This document shows positions 17,771 to 25,130 of a stretch of DNA of 29,419 nt, in pieces (positions within the stretch are counted from its first letter, which is position 1; every line of letters begins with the position of its first letter). The translations under genes and the position numbers were made by a program. Under the pieces are notes generated by a model that was not told where the DNA came from, made no database searches, and was given only the letters and a program-made list of their open reading frames with translations. Source of the stretch: a virus (lineage: Duplodnaviria > Caudoviricetes); the IMG/VR virus record IMGVR_UViG_3300011338_000265, positions 1-29,419 of that record. One strand, written 5' to 3'.

Positions 17771-18226
17771 ATGATCTTAGGCCGTACCGCTTCCAACGCT
17801 ATCAAGATCAAGACCGATATCGCAGGCGGCGGCCTCCGCGCCGTCGAGTGCGCGTGTTGTTGCGGGTGCTTAACTTCTATTCCAAGCGAATTATTAACGA
17901 TAATGCGAAATGCAACGACTGGCACATGCAACGGCGCGGCGCCAGTATACTGGACTTCTCAGGATGGAGGATTTTACGGAATTTGGAATGTAAATGGAAA
18001 TTTTTATATTGCGATACTGGAACCCAACTCAAATTGTTTTCAAATGGGAGGGGATAATACATTAAATCTTTTGTTTACTGGAAAATGTTTGCAGTGCTCG
18101 GCATCATGGGCAATGACTTGCGTTGATCAGCAATATACAATAAATGGAATCTCATTCCCATGTCATACTGATATTACTGATAATACTTTTCCTGATATTG
18201 TCCCTCCGCCATCTTTTGTGTTTTGA
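17771..18226 (+). CDS. Cys-rich tail-region protein (151 aa)
   Basis: Start re-assigned to ATG 17771 (1 nt after the upstream TAA). Contains CACCCGC plus several further Cys. Confidence 0.6.
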   Translation: MILGRTASNAIKIKTDIAGGGLRAVECACCCGCLTSIPSELLTIMRNATTGTCNGAAPVYWTSQDGGFYGIWNVNGNFYIAILEPNSNCFQMGGDNTLNLLFTGKCLQCSASWAMTCVDQQYTINGISFPCHTDITDNTFPDIVPPPSFVF

Positions 18227-18513
18227 TGACTCTTCCTGCTCACATTTTAGAATTTCGGCGTCTGGCTCAATCTGCTGAAAAATTTACACGCGCATCAATT
18301 CACTTCGCTCGATCCGGTTTCGCCACCACGCCACCCGAAGTCCTCGCCACCCGCGAAGCGACATGCCGCGCCTGTCCCGAGTGGGACGCCGCCGCTTTAA
18401 ACTCCACGGGCCGCTGCCGCAAGTGCGGCTGTAGCACATGGGCAAAACTAAGAATGGCGACCGAAGCCTGCCCCCTAGGCAAGTGGGAAGCTGTTGACAA
18501 AACCAACAATTAA
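18223..18513 (+). CDS. small Cys-rich metal-binding protein (DUF6171-like)
   Basis: R...CRACPEW...GRCRKCGC...K......CPLGKW motif. Confidence 0.7.
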   Translation: MMTLPAHILEFRRLAQSAEKFTRASIHFARSGFATTPPEVLATREATCRACPEWDAAALNSTGRCRKCGCSTWAKLRMATEACPLGKWEAVDKTNN

Positions 18514-19815
18514 ATGGCACGCGACCTATTTATTGACATGACCAACCGCAGGCTGGCTACGAGCCTGACGAACTTCACTCCATCCGCTCCGCCTCGCTTT
18601 GTGAAGGGCGATAATGGCCCGATCAACCTTTATTTCCTTGAGGCCACGGGCAACATTTCGACGCCGTTTAGTGTAGTCGATATGACCGGATCGAGCGTAA
18701 AATTTGGCGTAGGAACTCGCACGGGTGTCCCGATAAGCGGAACATTTACGCTCTCTTTCGGAGGCGAAACGAGCGGAGCCATCGGATATAGCGCAACTGC
18801 TGGTGCGATATCTTCCGCGCTCAACTCGCTTTCAGCAATCACAAGCATCGGAAAGGTGTCGGTTGATGGTTCGATGGGAAGCAATTTTATCATTTCGTTT
18901 AACTCCGCAGGCACTCGAAGCGCGATCACAGCGGACGTATCGCACCTAATCCCGACAGCCTCGGCACTCATTGACGAACGCCTAGCAGGAGACGCCACAA
19001 CCGCCGAGATACAAGAGTTGCAGCTTAGGCTTGCGCCTGCTGCATATCAACCGACTTGGGCGGACGTCGGCACGGCGGTAACAACTAGCATCACGCAAAC
19101 AATAACAGGCAACAGCTCAACGAATGCAGTTCAGAAAATCTCTTTTTCAAGGACTCCCGCGCAAGGGTCTTTTAGTATTACCGTTCCGACATACTCGGTA
19201 AATATCAATTCTATTTTAACCAGCGGTCTGATTTTCTCAGCCGCAAACCATGGCTTGGCTCAGGATCAGGTTGTTACATTGACTGGTTTTAGTGCTATAA
19301 GTGGTTATACGCAAGGCACGCAATACTGGGTCAGGTCAATATATTCGGCAACGGGATTCTTTTTGGGAACAAGTTTAAATTCTGGAATAATATCAAACGG
19401 AACGGCGACGATATCTGGTGCAAGCGTATTTACAACGGTCTTGCGTCAGACCTCGCCGATAGTCTCAAATTGCAATGCCGCCGATATTCAATCTGCTTTA
19501 TTTGCACTCGATTCGATTGGTTCAAACAACGTAGCAGTGGAAAGCCTGAATGACTTTTTCAACGTGACGTTCGTAAATCGCAAGTCAGCATTCAATATGC
19601 CGCTGCTACAAGCAACATCCGGGTTGCTTGCAAACCCAGCAAAAACCGCTTCCGTTAATTTCAATACATTTGGCGTGCGCGATTATTTAGAAAACAGCAC
19701 GTCGGTTGCGGCTGATATTGAGATCGAGCTAACGACAGCAGGAGAGCGCAACACGATTATTCTTCAACCATGCACGCTTGCAGAGGAACTAATAAATCAA
19801 AGCTCGATTGGATAA
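18514..19815 (+). CDS. minor tail / baseplate-type structural protein
   Basis: 433 aa. N-terminal FVKGDNGPINLYF (BppU-like); GTFTLSFGGETSGAIGYSATAGAISSALNSL module occurs twice in degenerate form; HGL..DQVV insert. Confidence 0.65.
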   Translation: MARDLFIDMTNRRLATSLTNFTPSAPPRFVKGDNGPINLYFLEATGNISTPFSVVDMTGSSVKFGVGTRTGVPISGTFTLSFGGETSGAIGYSATAGAISSALNSLSAITSIGKVSVDGSMGSNFIISFNSAGTRSAITADVSHLIPTASALIDERLAGDATTAEIQELQLRLAPAAYQPTWADVGTAVTTSITQTITGNSSTNAVQKISFSRTPAQGSFSITVPTYSVNINSILTSGLIFSAANHGLAQDQVVTLTGFSAISGYTQGTQYWVRSIYSATGFFLGTSLNSGIISNGTATISGASVFTTVLRQTSPIVSNCNAADIQSALFALDSIGSNNVAVESLNDFFNVTFVNRKSAFNMPLLQATSGLLANPAKTASVNFNTFGVRDYLENSTSVAADIEIELTTAGERNTIILQPCTLAEELINQSSIG

Positions 19816-19982
19816 TGGACAACCACGCTTTCCATACATTCGTTGGAACGTCCGCGCCCGCTGCCGCTGTGTTGATCTCATTCAGCGAGGTTGAAGCGTG
19901 GCTCCGCATTCTCTCGCTTCTGATGGGAATTTGCATCGGTGCAGTATCGTTGTATAAAATGACTCGACCTAAAAAACCATGA
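19815..19982 (+). CDS. small membrane protein, holin/antiholin candidate (55 aa)
   Basis: Start ATG 19815 (TAATG). One or two hydrophobic segments and a basic C-terminus (KMTRPKKP); first gene of the lysis block. Confidence 0.6.
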   Translation: MDNHAFHTFVGTSAPAAAVLISFSEVEAWLRILSLLMGICIGAVSLYKMTRPKKP

Positions 19983-20143
19983 AAACACTACTCGCAAAAT
20001 TGAAGGAACCGTCAACCATTCGCGGGGTCGCGATAATCGGAGCCGTTGCCGGTCTTAGCTTGGAGCCTGCAAAATGGGACGCGATAGGAGCGGCGCTTGC
20101 GGCGATCATCGGACTCATTGAAATCTTCCGCAAAGAAAAATGA
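19979..20143 (+). CDS. putative holin (54 aa); absent from the ORF track
   Basis: MKTLLAKLKEPSTIRGVAIIGAVAGLSLEPAKWDAIGAALAAIIGLIEIFRKEK: two TM segments, EPST.RG motif, charged C-terminus, ATGA-coupled on both sides. Confidence 0.72.
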   Translation: MKTLLAKLKEPSTIRGVAIIGAVAGLSLEPAKWDAIGAALAAIIGLIEIFRKEK

Positions 20144-20307
20144 GCGCTAAATCCATCGCGCTTTGGATGATTGTTCTCTCCTTTGCGTTCTTGGGAATGG
20201 CATTCTTGACTTCATGCGCGGGATACGGGAATCCGTCATTCTGCGTTCGCACTGATTACGGAACATTCTGCTACGAGCTACCAGATATTCAAGGATTGGC
20301 AAAATGA
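20140..20307 (+). CDS. small lipoprotein, spanin candidate (55 aa); absent from the ORF track
   Basis: MSAKSIALWMIVLSFAFLGMAFLTSC-AGYGNPSFCVRTDYGTFCYELPDIQGLAK: hydrophobic signal with an LTSC lipobox; ATGA-coupled to holin and endolysin. Confidence 0.65.
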   Translation: MSAKSIALWMIVLSFAFLGMAFLTSCAGYGNPSFCVRTDYGTFCYELPDIQGLAK

Positions 20308-20777
20308 CCTTTGACGACCGCAGCGAGATCCAGCTTGCAACGCTTCACCCAGAAGCTCAAAAGGCCGCACGGGCCTTTTTAGGCGTTGCAAAGACGATTG
20401 CTGCAAAAGTTGGATGTGACGTTAAGATCATCAGCGGCACTCGGAGTTATATGGAGCAAGACGCGATCTATGCGCGGGGCCGTACGACTCCAGGGAAGAA
20501 AATTACGATGGCGCCTGCCGGCCACTCAAATCACAACTTCGGCATCGCTTTCGATATCGGCATCTTTCGCGGCAAAGAGTACTGCGAAGAGCACCCGCTC
20601 TACAACGAGCTAGGCACGCTCGGAAAGTCGCTCGGCCTTGAATGGGGCGGAGACTGGAAATTTGTTGACGAGCCGCACTATCAGATGCGTCCGCATTGGG
20701 CGAAGGGCATGACCGAACGCGAAATGCTCGCCATCCTCCGCACTAGAGTATCTAAAAAAATAGACATCCTCGCTTGA
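20304..20777 (+). CDS. endolysin, peptidase M15 family (L-Ala-D-Glu endopeptidase-like)
   Basis: SGTRS..EQ..IYA.GR, SNHNFGIAFD, LEWGGDWK and DEPHYQ motifs (Zn ligands H, D, H). Confidence 0.9.
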   Translation: MTFDDRSEIQLATLHPEAQKAARAFLGVAKTIAAKVGCDVKIISGTRSYMEQDAIYARGRTTPGKKITMAPAGHSNHNFGIAFDIGIFRGKEYCEEHPLYNELGTLGKSLGLEWGGDWKFVDEPHYQMRPHWAKGMTEREMLAILRTRVSKKIDILA

Positions 20778-21016
20778 AAAAACGGAAACAACCGACGGTT
20801 GAATCAGAGCGTGCGGAAGCACTCGCGGAAGCGAAGCGCATTCTGTCGGAGCATTACGACTGCGGGCTGACCATCGTCAGTTGGGAACAAGGCGGTGAGA
20901 CCATGCACGGGGAATTTGTATTCGGCAATAAATACGCCGTCGAGGGACTCGCGGGGGACTCGTTCAGTATTTTATTTCCAGACATGGAAGAAGAAGAGGA
21001 GGAGGACGAAGCATGA
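20774..21016 (+). CDS. hypothetical protein (80 aa), acidic tail
   Basis: TTG start overlapping the endolysin stop; ATGA overlap with the next gene. Confidence 0.6.
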   Translation: MKKRKQPTVESERAEALAEAKRILSEHYDCGLTIVSWEQGGETMHGEFVFGNKYAVEGLAGDSFSILFPDMEEEEEEDEA

Positions 21017-21237
21017 AAATGACACTTGAATACGACGAGACCGAGCGATACGAGCACGAGGTGGCATGCAAGGCGCTTGATATTCTGATCTTGGTGGATG
21101 ACATAGACCAAGAACTCCGAAGCGCTCTCAAACACGAATCCGGAGCGTTTGCAAAAATGGACGAAGACACGATGGAAGCCGTCCGCGCTTGGATATGGGA
21201 GCAACGTAGCGAGCGAAATATTCCAGAACTCAAATGA
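21013..21237 (+). CDS. hypothetical protein (74 aa)
   Basis: ATGA-coupled on both sides. Confidence 0.65.
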   Translation: MKMTLEYDETERYEHEVACKALDILILVDDIDQELRSALKHESGAFAKMDEDTMEAVRAWIWEQRSERNIPELK

Positions 21238-21956
21238 AAGGCTGGAAAAAATGGATGGCCGTCGGATGCTCTCATGGAGATCAGATCGACCCAGAAGCGC
21301 GCAACGCCGTCTTAAAATTCCAACAGCACTTTCGCCCCCAGACCACTATCCATCTCGGCGACTTCCTGGACTTGGCTGCTTTCCGATCTGGTGCTATTTC
21401 TGACCCGAACTCAAGCGACCGCGCTGCGAGTATCAGCGACGATCTCAGCGCCGGCATTGACTTCCTGCACGAACTGCGTCCGCAACATATTTTATACGGG
21501 AACCACGAGGCCCGGCTCTACAAACTCGCATCTTCTCCCAACGCGCTTGCGGCTCACGCCGCCACGCTCACCATCCAAGCTATTGAGAAGACAGCGAAGG
21601 AACTAAAAGCGAAATTATACCCGTATCACATTCGATCCTTTTACGAGCTGGGTGGAACCAAGTTTTTGCACGGCTATATGTATAACGTGCAGGCCATCCG
21701 CGATCATGCAGAAACATACGGCCAATGCGTATTGGCCCACCTGCACCGCGTAGGATGGGAACGCGCACGCACGCTTGACGGGCCGTCGGGATATTGCGTC
21801 GGAATGCTGGCGCGCTTTGATATGGAATACGCGAGCACGCGAAGAGCCACGTTCGGGTGGTCGCAGGGCTTCGCTTACGGTTATTACAAAGATAACTCAA
21901 TAAACATCAACCTATGCGAACGAAGACAAAACAACCCCTGGCTATTGCCGATGTAA
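21234..21956 (+). CDS. calcineurin-like metallophosphoesterase
   Basis: Motifs GCSHG, HLGDFLD, YGNHE, FLHG and AHLH appear in canonical order. Confidence 0.85.
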   Translation: MKGWKKWMAVGCSHGDQIDPEARNAVLKFQQHFRPQTTIHLGDFLDLAAFRSGAISDPNSSDRAASISDDLSAGIDFLHELRPQHILYGNHEARLYKLASSPNALAAHAATLTIQAIEKTAKELKAKLYPYHIRSFYELGGTKFLHGYMYNVQAIRDHAETYGQCVLAHLHRVGWERARTLDGPSGYCVGMLARFDMEYASTRRATFGWSQGFAYGYYKDNSININLCERRQNNPWLLPM

Positions 21957-22192
21957 CCAAAGCGTGGGATGCTTTCTACCAAACAACAAAAGTCGAAAGT
22001 GAAAAAGACCTAGCCAAGCAAGGCTGGAAAACGATCCGCGCAATTTCAACGGAATCAAAAATGACCGTCGCTGCGATCACTTGTCGAGTTGAAACAGCAG
22101 TTGGGAAAGGTACGCTTGAATCAAAAAAGGCAACGATACAGACGAACCAAGGTGCTCGCGAGGTAAATTTATACCGCCCGATCTCAAAATAA
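21914..22192 (+). CDS. hypothetical basic protein, possible winged-helix DNA-binding protein
   Basis: GWKTIRAISTESKMTVAAITCRVETAVGKGTLESKK has HTH-plus-wing spacing. Confidence 0.5.
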   Translation: MRTKTKQPLAIADVTKAWDAFYQTTKVESEKDLAKQGWKTIRAISTESKMTVAAITCRVETAVGKGTLESKKATIQTNQGAREVNLYRPISK

Positions 22193-22231
22193 AAAAGCCC
22201 ACAGAGGCGCATGGGCATTGGTTGCGCTCAT

Positions 22232-22276
22232 TTGTAAAGACTTTTCTTAAGAATTATTTTCGCACTTCGCGAAAAT
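22232..22276 (+). promoter_or_regulatory. candidate promoter/operator at the late-to-early boundary
   Basis: AT-rich intergenic gap with TTGTAA-N17-TATTTT (22232-22260), overlapped by the inverted repeat ATTTTCGC-N5-GCGAAAAT (22256-22276). Confidence 0.35.
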
Positions 22277-22361
22277 TTTTCTTTTCATCTTGAAGGGAAT
22301 GAAAGAATGTTTGCCCATCGAAAGCGAAGACCGCTGACGACAGAAACCAAAAACTAAATAT

Positions 22362-22514
22362 ATGGAACCACTCACATTTCTCGCCCTCTTCGGAACCTGC
22401 ACTTGCTGTGCATTCATTGCTGGATACTTAATAGGCAACATCAAAGCCACCTGCGAAGCGGAGCAAACCCGCAGATGGTGGATGAACCGTCAAACCCGCA
22501 GGGAGCGCCGGTAA
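22362..22514 (+). CDS. small membrane protein (50 aa); absent from the ORF track
   Basis: MEPLTFLALFGTCTCCAFIAGYLIGNIKATCEAEQTRRWWMNRQTRRERR; A-rich leader; TAATG-coupled to the next gene. Confidence 0.6.
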   Translation: MEPLTFLALFGTCTCCAFIAGYLIGNIKATCEAEQTRRWWMNRQTRRERR

Positions 22515-22825
22515 TGACCGAAACGGAATTACATGACGCGGAATGCCAATTCACCCGCGCACTTCTGTGCGGGATGATACAACAGGCCGTTGCAGACCTT
22601 CAAAGCGAGAAGGTATTTTTGACCAAGCAGTTGAACGAAGCGCAGGAACTCGACAGAGAATCGGCGATTCATTTCATCAAAAGCAAAGCATTCCAAGGAA
22701 TTTGCGACGTTCTCGCACTCCCAGCCGATAAAATTAAAACAAGGGCACTTAAAAATGATAATCTCACTCGATCCAGGAACGACGCACAGCGCGTTCGTAC
22801 AATTCGACCACGGAAAGATAGTTGA
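22514..22825 (+). CDS. conserved-type phage hypothetical protein (103 aa)
   Basis: Start re-assigned to ATG 22514. RALL..MIQQAVAD...AIHF.....F..IC..L pattern. Confidence 0.6.
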   Translation: MTETELHDAECQFTRALLCGMIQQAVADLQSEKVFLTKQLNEAQELDRESAIHFIKSKAFQGICDVLALPADKIKTRALKNDNLTRSRNDAQRVRTIRPRKDS

Positions 22826-23186
22826 CCACGGCCATCTTCCCAATGCCGAGATCCGCCAAGTGCTCATCGGTCGCGAATACGACCGCTGCGCTTGCGAGAT
22901 GATCGCCAGTTACGGAATGGCAGTAGGCGCGAGCACATTCGAGACGTGTGTCTGGATCGGGCGCTTCATCGAAGTTGCACGGGTGGACGTCGAGTTGATC
23001 TTTCGGAAGGATATTAAGTTATTTCTATGCGGAACGATGCGAGCAAAAGACGCGAACATTCGCCAAGCATTGCTCGATCTCATCGGGCCGCAGGGAACAA
23101 AGGCCAAGCCGGGTCCAACATACGGCATCAAATCCCATTCATGGGCGGCTCTTGCTGTGGCCGTTTACGCAGCGAATTCAAGATGA
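22755..23186 (+). CDS. RuvC-like Holliday junction resolvase
   Basis: IISLDPG, ACE, and H.W.ALAVA RNase H-fold motifs; 143 aa. Confidence 0.75.
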   Translation: MIISLDPGTTHSAFVQFDHGKIVDHGHLPNAEIRQVLIGREYDRCACEMIASYGMAVGASTFETCVWIGRFIEVARVDVELIFRKDIKLFLCGTMRAKDANIRQALLDLIGPQGTKAKPGPTYGIKSHSWAALAVAVYAANSR

Positions 23187-24133
23187 AAGCATTTACATCA
23201 AATAAAGATGATTATTGGTATTATAGCATATATAATACTGAATACTCAGATATAAGTGATAATTTTATATATTTAGCTACAACATCATTGCTAATACAAC
23301 ATGATAGTATTATTGAGACGATTAAACGATCTGATTATTCATTAAAAAATGAAAATGATTTTAGATTTTTAGGGAATTTTTTAACTCCATTAAACTTTGA
23401 GGAGCAATTAGGATTGATCAAATGTGCAATAATAGCATTGCATAACAAGGGATTTGCTCGTGAAAATTTATATTTAGAAGAGATTTTATTTCTTTCAATG
23501 CAATGCAATTTAGAATGTTTAATTGATATCAATGAAGATTCTTACGATGCCTTATTATGGAAAAAAACATTAAATGCAGAAACTTTAAATGAATGCCTAG
23601 AAAATATTGAAGATATTTTTTGTGATTTAGATTTTGAGCTTTTTATTCCTACGATTGATTCTATTTTTCAAGCCAAAATAGAATCAAAAGCATATGCAGA
23701 CATTGACCCAATCAGCTATATTAGTGATTATAGCAGATATGTAAATCATCAAGAAAGCACATTTATTAATCCAAAGGAATTTAACGAAAAGACCCTAAAT
23801 TTAAATAAAACAAATACAGACAAAAAAGAAAGTGGATATGTGTATTGTATTGGAGAATCAAAAGGACATTATAAAATAGGCCTAACAAAAAGTAGTCCAG
23901 TAAAAAGATTAAAAGAACTTCAAACATCAAACCCAAAAATACTCGGTCTAATGTTTTCAATACAGCATGAGTCATACAAACTAATTGAAAAACAAATACA
24001 CAATAAACTTAAACAATACCGCGTTTGTGGAGAATGGTTTGATTGCTGTATTGATGTAATTAGGAATGAGTTTTTAAATATACATGGCGCTTTATTCATA
24101 GACAATTTTAGCAGTAATAACATTGCTAAATAA
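23183..24133 (+). CDS. AT-rich protein with C-terminal GIY-YIG (T5orf172/MUG113-like) domain
   Basis: Start ATG 23183 (ATGA overlap). GYVYCI...YKIGLT...KRLKELQTSNP...E..IH..L...RV.GEWF. Confidence 0.8.
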   Translation: MKAFTSNKDDYWYYSIYNTEYSDISDNFIYLATTSLLIQHDSIIETIKRSDYSLKNENDFRFLGNFLTPLNFEEQLGLIKCAIIALHNKGFARENLYLEEILFLSMQCNLECLIDINEDSYDALLWKKTLNAETLNECLENIEDIFCDLDFELFIPTIDSIFQAKIESKAYADIDPISYISDYSRYVNHQESTFINPKEFNEKTLNLNKTNTDKKESGYVYCIGESKGHYKIGLTKSSPVKRLKELQTSNPKILGLMFSIQHESYKLIEKQIHNKLKQYRVCGEWFDCCIDVIRNEFLNIHGALFIDNFSSNNIAK

Positions 24134-24158
24134 CAACAAACAAAAAGGAAAATAGAAA

Positions 24159-25088
24159 ATGAAAATAACAAAAGGAAAACAACAACGCGCACAGCGCGTC
24201 GTCATCTACGGTGTCGAATCCGTAGGAAAATCAACATTCGCGGCAAAATTCCCCAAGCCGCTGTTCTTGGACATCGAGGGCGGCACATCGCACCTAGACG
24301 TTGACCGCTGTGAGATCAGCAACTGGAAACAGTTAACCGATACGTTAACTGAGGCCAAGGCCACCGAATACAAAACCATCGTCATCGACAGCGCAGACTG
24401 GGCAGAGCGCCTTTGCGTTGAAGACCTGCTAGCCAGCACTAAAAAGACCAGCATCGAGGACTTCGGCTTCGGCAAAGGCTGGGTTATGGTCGCAGAGCGC
24501 ATGAGCCGGTTCCTGTCGTCCGTCGATCAACTCATCGATTCCGGAAAGAACGTGGTGATGATCGCTCACTCCAAAATCGTCCGCTTCGAGGCTCCAGATG
24601 CTCTTGCAGCATATGACCGATACGAACTGAAGTTGAGCAAACAATCTGCTCCGCTCTTGAAAGAGTTCGCTGACGAGCTTTGGTTCCTACGGTTTAAGAC
24701 TAAGGTAAGCACGACCGACAGCGGCAAAGGAAAGGGCATCGGTGGTAAGGAGCGCATCTTACTCACAACGCACAGCGCCGCCTACGACGCAAAAACCCGC
24801 AGCGGCCTTGCGGAAGAACTCCCGCTAGAGTGGGCATCGGTCGCGCACTTGTTCGAAGCCGTTGCAACTAAACAGCCCGACCATATCGTTGAAGCCGACG
24901 AAATGGTCGGCTGGCAAGCACGACTCGCAGAGCATGAAGGCGCGGTGAACCAGTTCTTGATCGCTCGCGGCGTCCTAACGAGCAAACAGACTTGGCGTGA
25001 CTGCGCACCGGAATACCTGCATCGCGTTGCACTTCGGGTCGATCAGTTCGTCAATACGGCTATCGAGTGGAGAAAGTCAAACTCGTGA
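24159..25088 (+). CDS. AAA_24 ATPase, Sak4-like single-strand annealing protein
   Basis: Walker A YGVESVGKST, FLDIEGG, Walker B TIVIDS, VVMIAH and AKTR; syntenic with nuclease and SSB genes. Confidence 0.85.
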   Translation: MKITKGKQQRAQRVVIYGVESVGKSTFAAKFPKPLFLDIEGGTSHLDVDRCEISNWKQLTDTLTEAKATEYKTIVIDSADWAERLCVEDLLASTKKTSIEDFGFGKGWVMVAERMSRFLSSVDQLIDSGKNVVMIAHSKIVRFEAPDALAAYDRYELKLSKQSAPLLKEFADELWFLRFKTKVSTTDSGKGKGIGGKERILLTTHSAAYDAKTRSGLAEELPLEWASVAHLFEAVATKQPDHIVEADEMVGWQARLAEHEGAVNQFLIARGVLTSKQTWRDCAPEYLHRVALRVDQFVNTAIEWRKSNS

Positions 25089-25112
25089 CAAAAAATACCC
25101 ATTATTTGTCAC
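25085..25112. repeat. intergenic inverted repeat (hairpin or operator)
   Basis: GTGACAAA-N12-TTTGTCAC at the ATPase stop codon. Confidence 0.55.
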
Positions 25113-25130
25113 AAAATAAATTGAAATAAT

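Noticed and set aside
22191-22216. GCCCA-N10-TGGGC hairpin after an A run as a terminator
   Set aside because: Only a 5-bp stem with a large loop and no + strand T tract; too weak to call.
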